DNA of 64,000 nucleotides from Macrostomum hystrix. Taxonomy: Eukaryota > Animalia > Platyhelminthes. Below, in pieces: positions 35,207 through 48,015 of the stretch. Where the stretch lies: the NCBI GenBank assembly GCA_950097015.1, contig CATNEN010000007.1, positions 8,060,001 through 8,124,000 of the forward strand, given 5' to 3'. Each line of letters starts with the position of its first letter. Positions within the stretch are counted from its first letter, which is position 1. The notes under the pieces are model-generated. The model ran no database searches and was not told the origin of the DNA. It worked only from the letters and a program-made list of their open reading frames with translations. The translations under genes were made by a program, and so were the position numbers.

Positions 35207-37985
35207 AGAATGGGAGAGAGTGGGAGAGAGAATGGGAGAGAGTGGGAGAGAGAATAGGAGAGAGTGGGAGAGAGAATGGGAGAGAGTGGGAGAGAGAATA
35301 TGAGAGAGTGGGAGAGAGAATATGAGAGAGTGGGAGAGAGAATGGGAGAGAGTGGGAGAGAGAATAGGAGAGAGTGGGAGAGAGAATGGGAGAGAGTGGG
35401 AGAGAGAATAGGAGAGAGTGGGAGAGAGAATAGGAGAGAGTGGGAGAGAGAATATGAGAGAGTGGGAGAGAGAATATGAGAGAGTGGGAGAGAGAATATG
35501 AGAGAGTGGGAGAGAGAATATGAGAGAGTGGGAGAGAGAATATGAGAGAGTGGGAGAGAGAATATGAGAGAGTGGGAGAGAGAATATGAGAGAGTGGGAG
35601 AGAGAATGGGAGAGAGTGGGAGAGAGAATAGGAGAGAGTGGGAGAGAAAATGGGAGAGAGTGGGAGAGAGAATATGAGAGAGTGGGAGAGAGAATATGAG
35701 AGAGTGGGAGAGAGAATGGGAGAGAGTGGGAGAGAGAATAGGAGAGAGTGGGAGAGAGAATGGGAGAGAGTGGGAGAGAGAATATGAGAGAGTGGGAGAG
35801 AGAATATGAGAGAGTGGGAGAGAGAATGGGAGAGAGTGGGAGAGAGAATAGGAGAGAGTGGGAGAGAGAATGGGAGAGAGTGGGAGAGAGAATAGGAGAG
35901 AGTGGGAGAGAGAATATGAGAGAGTGGGAGAGAGAATATGAGAGAGTGGGAGAGAGAATATGAGAGAGTGGGAGAGAGAATATGAGAGAGTGGGAGAGAG
36001 AATGGGAGAGAGTGGGAGAGAGAATATGAGAGAGTGGGAGAGAGAATATAAGAGAGTGGGAGAGAGAATATGAGAGAGTGGGAGAGAGAATATGAGAGAG
36101 TGGGAGAGAGAATATGAGAGAGTGGGAGAGAGAATATGAGAGAGTGGGAGAGAGAATATGAGAGAGTGGGAGAGAGAATGGGAGAGAGTGGGAGAGAGAA
36201 TAGGAGAGAGTGGGAGAGAAAATGGGAGAGAGTGGGAGAGAGAATATGAGAGAGTGGGAGAGAGAATATGAGAGAGTGGGAGAGAGAATGGGAGAGAGTG
36301 GGAGAGAGAATAGGAGAGAGTGGGAGAGAGAATGGGAGAGAGTGGGAGAGAGAATATGAGAGAGTGGGAGAGAGAATATGAGAGAGTGGGAGAGAGAATG
36401 GGAGAGAGTGGGAGAGAGAATAGGAGAGAGTGGGAGAGAGAATGGGAGAGAGTGGGAGAGAGAATAGGAGAGAGTGGGAGAGAGAATATGAGAGAGTGGG
36501 AGAGAGAATATGAGAGAGTGGGAGAGAGAATATGAGAGAGTGGGAGAGAGAATATGAGAGAGTGGGAGAGAGAATGGGAGAGAGTGGGAGAGAGAATATG
36601 AGAGAGTGGGAGAGAGAATATAAGAGAGTGGGAGAGAGAATATGAGAGAGTGGGAGAGAGAATATGAGAGAGTGGGAGAGAGAATATGAGAGAGTGGGAG
36701 AGAGAATATGAGAGAGTGGGAGAGAGAATATGAGAGAGTGGGAGAGAGAATGGGAGAGAGTGGGAGAGAGAATAGGAGAGAGTGGGAGAGAGAATGGGAG
36801 AGAGTGGGAGAGAGAATATGAGAGAGTGGGAGAGAGAATATGAGAGAGTGGGAGAGAGAATGGGAGAGAGTGGGAGAGAGAATATGAGAGAGTGGGAGAG
36901 AGAATGGGAGAGAGTGGGAGAGAGAATATGAGAGAGTGGGAGAGAGAATATGAGAGAGTGGGAGAGAGAATGGGAGAGAGTGGGAGAGAGAATAGGAGAG
37001 AGTGGGAGAGAGAATGGGAGAGAGTGGGAGAGAGAATAGGAGAGAGTGGGAGAGAGAATATGAGAGAGTGGGAGAGAGAATATGAGAGAGTGGGAGAGAG
37101 AATATGAGAGAGTGGGAGAGAGAATATGAGAGAGTGGGAGAGAGAATAGGAGAGAGTGGGAGAGAGAATATGAGAGAGTGGGAGAGAGAATATAAGAGAG
37201 TGGGAGAGAGAATATGAGAGAGTGGGAGAGAGAATATGAGAGAGTGGGAGAGAGAATATGAGAGAGTGGGAGAGAGAATATGAGAGAGTGGGAGAGAGAA
37301 TATGAGAGAGTGGGAGAGAGAATGGGAGAGAGTGGGAGAGAGAATAGGAGAGAGTGGGAGAGAGAATGGGAGAGAGTGGGAGAGAGAATATGAGAGAGTG
37401 GGAGAGAGAATATGAGAGAGTGGGAGAGAGAATATAAGAGAGTGGGAGAGAGAATAGGAGAGAGTGGGAGAGAGAATATGAGAGAGTGGGAGAGAGAATA
37501 TGAGAGAGTGGGAGAGAGAATATGAGAGAGTGGGAGAGAGAATATGAGAGAGTGGGAGAGAGAATATGAGAGAGTGGGAGAGAGAATATGAGAGAGTGGG
37601 AGAGAGAATGGGAGAGAGTGGGAGAGAGAATATGAGAGAGTGGGAGAGAGAATGGGAGAGAGTGGGAGAGAGAATATGAGAGAGTGGGAGAGAGAATGGG
37701 AGAGAGTGGGAGAGAGAATATAAGAGAGTGGGAGAGAGAATATGAGAGAGTGGGAGAGAGAATGGGAGAGAGTGGGAGAGAGAATATGAGAGAGTGGGAG
37801 AGAGAATGGGAGAGAGTGGGAGAGAGAATAGGAGAGAGTGGGAGAGAGAATATGAGAGAGTGGGAGATTGAGTAGGAGAGTGGGAGATTGAGTAGGAGAG
37901 TGGGGGATTGAGTAGGAGAGTGGGGGATTGAGTAGGAGAGTGGGGGATTGAGTAGGATTGTGGTAGATTGAGTAAGAGAGTGAGG
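35207..37985. repeat. 22-bp purine-rich satellite (gagagagtgggagagagaatat)n, then a 20-bp tail variant
   Basis: Tandem array with a 572-bp higher-order period. Confidence 0.97.
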
Positions 37986-38559
37986 TAGAAGTTGAGAGTC
38001 TAGTGTGAGTAACACAGGGGGCAGTTCAACAACTCAAAGGCTGTTAATCATTTGGGCTGATCTCATAAAAAATGCCCAACCCGACACGGCTTCACACAGC
38101 TGTTAAATAAAAAGCTTTTGCTGCTCTCAAGCGGCGCAATCTCTTGTTACGTATGGAAGTGTCTGTTTTATGTATTTCCCTGCGTTTAAAAGTTTCTTGC
38201 AAAATTATACTGCTTGTAGTGAATTAGCATAGCGATTAGCATTATTAATTAGTTTTTGTTAAATATTACGAAGACAGAAAAATGAAATTGCGACCCGGGC
38301 AGTACCAGATAGAATATTTTGCTCAGTCTGGATCGTAAAGCGAAATATAATTGCTTTTAAAACTGCGCAAAATAGCAAACGCCGGTCAGCCAGCTACATA
38401 ACTGTAGCTTTCTTGCAATTTATTGCTGCAACGTCTTCACTATGCTACTGCAAGTAGAAATGTTATAAAATGAACAATACAGCACAATAGCTGTACTTTG
38501 CTGTACCCTTGTGACCCTTGTACTCTGCCTGATGATTAAAAGGACATGACACACAATGG

Positions 38560-40625
38560 TCACCTGTTTAGGCATCATATTCACCTGTTTAGGCATCAGC
38601 TTCACCTGTTTAGGCATCAGCTTCACCTGTTTAGGGATCAGCTACAACTGTTTAGGCATCAGCTTCACCTGTTTAGGCATCAGCTTCACCTGTTTAGGGA
38701 TCAGCTTCACCTGTTTAGGCATCAGCTTTACCTGTTTAGGCATCAGCTTCACCTGTTTAGGGATCAGCTTCACCTGTTTAGGGATCAGCTTCACCTGTTT
38801 AGGCATCAGCTTCACCTGTTTAGGCATCAGCTTCACCTGTTTAGGGATCAGCTTCACCTGTTTAGGCATCAGCTTCACCTGTTTAGGGATCAGCTTCACC
38901 TGTTTAGGGATCAGCTACACCTGTTTAGGCATCAGCTTCACCTGTTTAGGGATCAGCTACAACTGTTTAGGCATCAGCTTCACCTGTTTAGGCATCAGCT
39001 TCACCTGTTTAGGCATCAGCTACAACTGTTTAGGTATCAGCTTCACCTGTTTAGGCATCAGCTTCACCTGTTTAGGCATCAGCTTCACCTGTTTAGGGAT
39101 CAGCTTCACCTGTTTAGGGATCAGCTACAACTGTTTAGGCATCAGCTTCACCTGTTTAGGCATCAGCTTCACCTGTTTAGGCATCAGCTTCACCTGTTTA
39201 GGCATCAGCTTCACCTGTTTAGGGATCAGCTACAACTGTTTAGGCATCAGCTTCACCTGTTTAGGGATCAGCTTCACCTATTTAGGCATCAGCTTCACCT
39301 GTTTAGGCATCAGCTTCACCTGTTTAGGCATCAGCTTCACCTGTTTAGGGATCAGCTTCACCTGTTTAGGGATCAGCTACACCTGTTTAGGCATCAGCTT
39401 CACCTGTTTAGGGATCAGCTACAACTGTTTAGGCATCAGCTTCACCTGTTTAGGCATCAGCTTCACCTGTTTGGGCATCAGCTTTACCTGTTTAGGTATC
39501 AGCTTCACCTGTTTAGGCATCAGCTTCACCTGTTTAGGCATCAGCTTCACCTGTTTAGGGATCAGCTTCACCTGTTTAGGGATCAGCTACACCTGTTTAG
39601 GCATCAGCTTCACCTGTTTAGGGATCAGCTACAACTGTTTAGGCATCAGCTTCACCTGTTTAGGCATCAGCTTCACCTGTTTAGGCATCAGCCTCACCTG
39701 TTTAGGTATCTGCTTCACCTGTTTAGGCATCAGCTTCACCTGTTTAGGGATCAGCTTCACCTGTTTAGGGATCAGCTACACCTGTTTAGGCATCAGCTTC
39801 ACCTGTTTAGGGATCAGCTACAACTGTTTAGGCATCAGCTTCACCTGTTTAGGCATCAGCTTCACCTGTTTAGGCATCAGCTACAACTGTTTAGGTATCA
39901 GCTTCACCTGTTTAGGCATCAGCTTCACCTGTTTAGGCATCAGCTTCACCTGTTTAGGGATCAGCTTCACCTGTTTAGGGATCAGCTACACCTGTTTAGG
40001 CATCAGCTTCACCTGTTTAGGGATCAGCTACAACTGTTTAGGCATCAGCTTCACCTGTTTAGGCATCAGCTTCACCTGTTTAGGCATCAGCTTCACCTGT
40101 TTAGGCATCAGCTTCACCTGTTTAGGGATCAGCTACAACTGTTTAGGCATCAGCTTCACCTGTTTAGGGATCAGCTTCACCTATTTAGGCATCAGCTTCA
40201 CCTGTTTAGGCATCAGCTTCACCTGTTTAGGCATCAGCTTCACCTGTTTAGGGATCAGCTTCACCTGTTTAGGGATCAGCTACACCTGTTTAGGCATCAG
40301 CTTCACCTGTTTAGGGATCAGCTACAACTGTTTAGGCATCAGCTTCACCTGTTTAGGCATCAGCTTCACCTGTTTGGGCATCAGCTTTACCTGTTTAGGT
40401 ATCAGCTTCACCTGTTTAGGCATCAGCTTCACCTGTTTAGGCATCAGCTTCACCTGTTTAGGGATCAGCTTCACCTGTTTAGGGATCAGCTACACCTGTT
40501 TAGGCATCAGCTTCACCTGTTTAGGGATCAGCTACAACTGTTTAGGCATCAGCTTCACCTGTTTAGGCATCAGCTTCACCTGTTTAGGCATCAGCCTCAC
40601 CTGTTTAGGTATCTGCTTCACCTGT
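38560..40625. repeat. 21-bp satellite (cacctgtttaggcatcagctt)n
   Basis: Tandem array with a 903-bp block duplication. Confidence 0.97.
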
Positions 40626-42044
40626 GGAACTGGTGAAACTTCACATCCACATAAACTTTTCACGTGGAAGAAGATAATTTCATACTAGTATTATATTTCT
40701 GGCGCTGTTTGAGACTTCACGCTAATTGGTATGGGGTCATACCTTAGCAACTTATGATAATTTTTTGTTTGTATCAACAATCTTGAAAAGGGTGATTTAG
40801 CGAATTCGCAGTCTCAAATTTCATGACACTCAGCTTGAAGACATTTCTTAGAGATTTAGGCATTTCACAATAGACCACCTGGATTTACACAATCCAGCCT
40901 TCTCAATTGTCTGGCGTTACTGGGCAGGCAAAGTTCTCTCCTGGCTTGCGCAACAGTCCTGCAATTGGCCTGAAGAAGCTCGGAGACAAAGCCAAGCGCA
41001 GACCGCACACACCTGTCTGCAAAAAAATTAGCCAAGAAATCGAAAAGTTCTCAGGTGATATTGTTGCCAAGCTCGCGTGGATCTCAAAATTGCATAATCC
41101 ACAAGTGAGGAGTGCGCAATAAATTGGGGAGGGGGGCCTGACCTGCGAATCTGAGATAATCATGAAAAACTGTTTCGCTAAAACAGCCTGGGCCTATCAT
41201 GTTTTTGGTGACTCCGAGTCCAGCAACTTGATCCGCTCCGGGGGCTGTAAATTTCAGGAAATTGGATAGCAGAAGCCCCTTGCTGGACACGCTCCTGTAG
41301 AGCAATAAAACAAATTTGATTGAACAATTTTAGTCACCTCTTCTAGGAGCAGATATGGCGGGTCAGCAAGAGACACTATTTGGGGAAATATTTGGACTGA
41401 GGGGGTTTCGCACGCGCCATCAACCTCCAGTGTCAGTTTGAAATTGTATGAAAAGCAGCAAACTGCGGGCTTGTTGAATCGCAAAAGCTTGCAGATTTTC
41501 AACCATCCCCCCTTTTCGATACCGATAGCTATTAAACCCAGAGGAGGATAATTAATTGCCGATGGAAAAACAGTCGGGATGTCTGAAACTTTGCTAATAT
41601 TCTCCCATAACACCCGCTCTGCAACACTCATTACACATTTCAACGCCAGTTCTGTTTGAGTCGAAAACTCAAACTCAAAGAATGAGGACCAGTGTTTGCT
41701 TCCTCAACGCCGCCCCCTCCCTGGGGCCTGCGGGTATCCATGTTTGCATTTATCTTATCACACGCGCCGCTTCACGCGCGGCACGCTCTCGAGCGGCTAA
41801 GTCCGCGTCGGTGACTGGGCGGAGGTTGGGGTGGGGGTCACCTTCGGGCACGAGCACCTGCGAGTCGATGTTTTTTGTTAAAGAGATTTTTTTCCTCTCC
41901 AAGCGAAGTTTGTCGGAAAAATTTCTGCCGCTTTTGTGAGTTTTCAATATTACGTTTTACTCTGATCGCTGGCCTCTATTTTATATTCTGCCCATTGCTC
42001 ATTTTTGCAGTCATCTACCAGCACATTCTCTGTCTCTCTGTCTT

Positions 42045-42318
42045 CCCGTCACTCTCCCCGTCACTCTCCCCATCACTCTCCCCGTCACTCTCCCCGTCAC
42101 TCTCCCCGTCACTCTCCCCGTCACTCTCCCCGTCACTATCCCCGTCACTCTCCCCGTCACTCTCCCCGTCACTCTCCCCGTCACTCTCCCCGTCACTCTC
42201 TCCGTCACTCTCCCCCGTCACTCTCCCCATCACTCTCCCCGTCACTCTCCCCGTCACTCTCCCCGTCACTCTCCCCGTCACTCTCCCCGTCACTCTCCCC
42301 ATCACTCTCCCCGTCACT
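42045..42318. repeat. 12-bp repeat (cccgtcactctc)n
   Basis: Tandem array. Confidence 0.95.
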
Positions 42319-42939
42319 GTTCAGTCTCACTTGCTTGAATTCGCAGGCCCTTCCAGCTAGTCTCAGGAGACATTGTCGCCAAAGCAGTCGGGCATTGTCC
42401 GATGTTTTCTCAATTGCCAGCTATTCGCAGAAAGTGAAAGCTTTCGCAGTGGCAGCTGCGGATTCTCCCAGTCTCCTTGTTGTGTGTGAGTTTATCACCG
42501 CTGTTGACACACTGACACATCTGCCGGGCTGCCAAATTATTCATATCAGCGCGGGCGGGCCGCAAATATCCCTTCCAGCTTGTCTCCTTTCCTTTCCTCT
42601 CTCCCGCTTTCTCACTCGCGTGGCTCAATATCGCTCACTTACTTTTTTGTCTTCCACGCTTGAGTATTCCAACGGAACCGCTGGCCTGTGGGTCAACAAG
42701 CTGGTTGGGAGGCATGCGGCTTCCCAACCAGCTTGTTGACCCACAGGGACTCGGCAGTCGCAGGATCTGGCACTTCGCTGCGGCTTGGGGTGGGCTGCTC
42801 TTGAAGGCGCGGAATCCTGCCGGCCAGCGGTCCAGCTGCGAAATTCCAACGGTGTCCCACTCAAATTAGGCTCGCAATTTAGGCACCTTTGCGGTCCTGT
42901 TCTTTGCATTGGCGCTAGAAATTTTGAACCAGCCACTGA

Positions 42940-43347
42940 ACTGTCACAGCCCGCCACAATCTGTCACACACCAATAGGCTTTCACTCACCCACAGTCAGT
43001 CACTGACCGATTGGCTGTCACTCACCCATAGGCTGTCACTCACCTATAATCTGTCACTCACTCACAGTCTGTCACTCACTCACCCATAGTCTGTCACTCA
43101 CCCACAGTCTGTCACTCACCCACAGTCTGTCACCCACCCATAGGCTGTCACTCACCCAAAGTCTGTCACTCGCTCACAGTCTGTCACTCACCCACAGTCT
43201 GTCACTCACCCAAAGTCTGTCACTCACCCACAGTCTGTCACCCACCCATAGGCTGTCACTCACTCACAGTCTGTCACCCACAGTCTGTCACTCACCCAAA
43301 GTCTGTCACTCACTCACAGTCTGTCACTCACCCACAGTCTGTCACCC
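42940..43347. repeat. 18-bp minisatellite (cagtctgtcactcaccca)n
   Basis: Tandem array. Confidence 0.92.
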
Positions 43348-43903
43348 GATTCCATAGCCAGTTGAAATAAAAAGAGCTAACTATGAAAGTCCAAAGATAG
43401 GATTTAGCGCACATCTTGTTCAATAATGCAATAAATGTATAAGACTAAAGCACAACACAATAACACAATAGGCTAGTTTATTTGGCTGGTCACTTAAGAA
43501 ACCAACAAAAGCAAAACAAACATAAACAGAGCATGGCAGTTCACTAAAATGAAAAGATCAAAGTGCATTTAAAACTGCAAGTGTTTGGGGAACAGTGTAA
43601 GAAATTAATGCATTACCAATCGCACAGGTATTACAACAGTGAGTGTGTTGACAAACTAGCAAATTTACATACTAAGGATTTTGCATTCACTTCGCCGAAG
43701 ATAAAGTAACTTAACAAAAATACGTTACTAGAGCAAGCGAAAGCAAGACTCAGACAGAAGCGAATCATTCTGCCGGGTCAGAGCGCGAAAATTTCAAATG
43801 GAGAAATCTCTTGGCAAAGAAGCAAATCCGGCATGGGCCGGCTGGATGCTCACAAGCACAGAAAGGAAAATTATGCTACAGTTATCGACTCGGCTCAGCT
43901 TCT

Positions 43904-44612
43904 TCAAGCTTCATCAGTCAACTCGGCGGCTCCCTCAGCACCCGCTTCCTCAATCTCTTCGTCATCTTCGTCAACCGCCCCATAGTCGTCGTCGACTTCC
44001 TCGAAGCCGTCGCTGGCCGAAGCCCCACCGGTGGTGGCCGCTTCGCTGCCGCCCTCTACGCAGGCGCCGCCGCAGCCGGCTTCCACGGCAGCGTCGCCGT
44101 TGCAGAGATCGCCGAGACTGCGGCGCCGGCCCAGCCGGTGAATGTTCTTGAGGTGGCGCTGCATGTTGGAGCTGATGCTGAAGGCTCGCTCGCACATGGG
44201 GCATTGGTACGGCTGCTCGCCGGTGTGCGTGCGCAGGTGGCGGGCCAGGTTTGCAGCCCGCGGGAAGCACTTGCCGCAGAAGTCGCACGCGTGACGCCGT
44301 CTGCGTCGGCCTAGCAGTGGCGACGGCGGCGGCGGCGACTGTCGCTGGCCCATCGCCTGCTGGTTGGCGAGGCTCCAGAAGGTGGCCGGATCCGTCACGC
44401 CGGGCCGACGCGGTGGTGGCGCCGACGGACTGAGCGATCGCGGCCGCTGCACCGGCTGGGGCAGCTGCGGTGTGGCTGGCAGGCTCCGCTGCAAATCTGG
44501 GCGATAATCTGACGGGGAAGACGCTCGCGGAGGTGGCGGCGGTGGCGGCGGAGGCAACGGAGACGGCAGGCGTTTAAGGCGCTTGGGCTTTGGAACGCTG
44601 AGGTCTAATGGC

Positions 44613-44668
<56 letters not shown>

Positions 44669-47184
44669 ATGCTGTTGCTGCTGCTGGTGTGGCTGTGGCG
44701 GTCGCTGCGTAGGCAGTGAAAATGTGGATGGCAGAAAATTTCCGCTGGTTCCGCTACAGCCGCCGCCCCGATAGGCACTGAAGTGCTGCTGCAGCAGTGC
44801 CTGCTGCTGAAACAGCGATGGCCAATGCAACTGCGGCTGCTGGCTGGCAGGTCTGAACGCCGGAAACAGCGACGCCAGAGAAGCTAGCGGCGACTGCGGC
44901 AGCTTGGGCGGCGGCAGTGGGCGCAGAGGCGACATGGATAGCATCGACGTCGGTGGCGGTGGCGGCATCGGCAGCGGCGGCGGCGGCGGCTGCAGCGGCA
45001 TCTGCTGCAGAGCCTCCTCGGTACTCGGACTGTGGCAGGCGCGCCGGTGCCTTTCGAGCGAGTGGGCGGTGGAGAACCGCTGGTCGCAGGCGGGGCAGGC
45101 GACCTTCTGTCGGCAGGCCGGCTGCATCCGTTTGTGTCGGCAGAGGTTTGAGAACTGGGTGTAGCTCTTCTTGCAAGCGTCGCACTGGTAGGGCTTATGC
45201 GTGGCGTGAATGTGCATGTGCTGCTTGAGACCGCTGGCGGTGCCGAAGCACTTCTCGCAGACCGGGCAGGTGTGCGGACCCTGCTGCCTGCAGCCACCTG
45301 CGGGCTGGTCTTCGTCAAAACTGTCCGCGTTCGGCGGGCTGCGGAAGGGTGGCAGGCGGCGACAGTGAATGACTTTAGATTAGTGCTAATGACTGTCCAG
45401 GATGACTCCAAGATTTTCTATGACTATGGAAGCTTTTAATGACCTAAAAAAGCTCTCTATGACCCAAAAATTTTTGATGACCCAAAAAAGAATTTTGAAC
45501 CATTAAAGTTGTCTATGACCTATTAAAATTATCTATCGCCAGATTTTTCGACATTTGAATGACTAAAATAAGATAATCTCCGACTGTTGTCTATGACCCA
45601 AAAGACATGCTGTGAGCAGACTCACCTAGACGAGCAAGCGGCTGCAACGGTAGCTCCTGGCGCTGCGGCGGAGTTCACAGCCCGGTTGCAGCTGGCTAGC
45701 AGTCTTCGCTTTTCGGCGATCTCGGCGCACGGGTTTCGACACAGCGAAGCCTGGTGCCGGCGCAGCGAGCCGGAGCTTCGGAAGGCTTCGCCGCAGTCGG
45801 GACAGGCGAAAATCGCGGAGGCGGGCGCGGCAGCTGCGGGCGAATATTCGGTCGGATTGAGTGTGAGGGAGGCTCGGCTGGGGGATTTGTTCATTTTCGC
45901 TGGCTCGGGCGCTTTTAGCACTATGGCTTCGTGCGCCAAACCCTGCCCCGGGAACCCACCCCAACCTCCGCGGCCATTCTAATTGGCCGCCGCCGCTCAA
46001 CCCCCTGGACCTCCGGCCACAGTAGGTGACACAAAGACTCAGGATATGCGCAATCTAAAAAAACATTGTAAATTAGTTTCATAAAGAGTTCCCTACCTGA
46101 CTGCAAGTCGGCAACATCAAAGGACTCCAGCTGAAGGCGGTTCTCCTCACCGCCGTTTAGCTGGCCAAATAGAAGCAGGCTCTGTCGCCGCTCTTGCTGC
46201 TGCTGCTGCTGACGATGATAGCCGAGAAACTGCAAAAAAATCAAATTGATGTTTTAATTTTTCTAAAGGTGGCTAAATGGTCTTTAGGGTCACTGGGTCC
46301 TGAGGGGATATTACTGAAGGGATGCTGATCCTGAGGGGATATTACTGAAGGGATGCTGGTCCTGAGGGATATTACTGAAGGGATGCTGATCCTGAGGGGA
46401 TATTACTGAAGGGATGCTGGTCCTGAGGGATATTACTGAAGGGATGCTGATCCTGAGGGGATATTACTGAAGGGATGCTGGTCCTGAGGGGATATTACTG
46501 AAGGGATGCGGGTCCTGAGGGGATATTACTGAAGGGATGCTGATCCTGAGGGGATATTACTGAAGGGATGCTGGTCCTGAGGGGATATTACTGAAGGGAT
46601 GCTGATCCTGAGGGGATATTACTGAAGGGATGCTGGTCCTGAGGGGATATTACTGAAGGGATGCTGATCCTGAGGGGATATTACTGAAGTGATGCTGGTC
46701 ATGAGGGATATTACTGAAGGGATGCTGATCCTGAGGGGATATTACTGAAGGGATGCTGGTCCTGAGGGGATATTACTGAAGGGATGCTGATCCTGAGGGG
46801 ATATTACTGAAGGGATGCTGGTCCTGAGGGGATATTACTGAAGGGATGCTGGTCCTGAGGGAGCATTCCTGAAGAAGACTGACAAAAGGGATCAAATCCT
46901 ATGGGGATCAAATCCTATTTTCAGGTAATATAATTAGGTATTGTATATATTGTCTAAATATATCTCTATGTCAAGATTTGTCTTTATATTAAATATATAA
47001 CTACTCCTTCCAAACGCCCCCAACAATGGCAGGCTTATGCTCCTGTTCGGTCACCAAGATCCACAATCCGATGACCGAATCGTTACAATTCGGCCAACAA
47101 ATCCCACAATATGCCAACACGGATAGCGAAGCCCCAGTCCAGTCGTGAACGTCAGCTTACCTCAGCAGTTAGCAGGTCAGACAT
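43904..47184 (-). CDS. MECOM/PRDM16/hamlet/EGL-43 family zinc-finger transcription factor
   Basis: Firm exons: 43904-45287 and 45626-~45920. Probable exons: 46097-46229 and 47161-47184 (ATG in GCCAAGATG). Fingers [38 protein letters not shown] and [39 protein letters not shown] are diagnostic of EVI1/PRDM16. PLDLS CtBP motif and acidic C-tail present. Confidence 0.88.
46296..46875. repeat. 31-bp minisatellite (gtcctgaggggatattactgaagggatgctg)n
   Basis: Tandem array in a probable intron of the zinc-finger gene. Confidence 0.95.
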
Positions 47185-48015
47185 CTTGGCTGTGCAGATG
47201 CTCGTGACAATGCTGCAAGCGGAGGTTCGGTTCGGCTCTCAGTGTCAGGTTATCTATGAAAAAAATGTAACAAACTTTTTATTATAATCAGGTAAGCGCG
47301 CGATTATAAAGGCTGGTTGTAAATCATGTTGAATTCGAGTGATTCGAGAGGCAACAATGGCACCAGAATTGGAATAGGATATCAGGTGACTATAAGCGAA
47401 GCAATGAATATTCTGCGAGTTCCAACTTTCCCTGCCTCCAAGATATTCGTATGAAAGATTTTTTGTTCTGAAAATTGTATCGAAATCCGTTTCGTAGTTC
47501 TAACAATCAAAATAACAGATTCTGAATAGGGATTTCCAGTTCGAGTTGCAAGCAGATAGGGTTGCTTTCTCACCTTATTCGGCAGAATTAACCTTTCACA
47601 AACTGCGCATAGAGAAGTATGAAGAGTGAGACCAGGATTGTAACAATTTGTCTGGGGGAAAATTAAACAAGCGCTTTGAGGATGCAGAGTCTTAACTTGC
47701 CGCCCAGAACACTTAAGTATCTGATCCCCGGACCGCTTCTCACCTATGCACCTATCTCACCTCACCTGCATGCCTGATTAGGCTGAGGTCTGATTGGCCC
47801 AGGCTCATTGCGGACACCACATTGGATGGAGATCTCAGGGATGCTGCAGGGGAAGCGGGACTGGGGTTGGGTCTGCTCACTTGGGCTGTGAGACGAGACT
47901 GGACTGGCCAGCTTCTAGCCCATTAGTTAGAGCTTCGAACTCATGACCAAGAAGTCCAGACTTCGAATCTTAGCCCAAGGACAAAAATGGGAACCGGCAT
48001 CAGCTGGTGTCGGGC

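Noticed and set aside
31335-40688. Long repetitive ORFs (328, 510, 466, 936, 696 and 710 aa)
   Set aside because: Satellite translations, often open in several frames, with no unique coding flanks.
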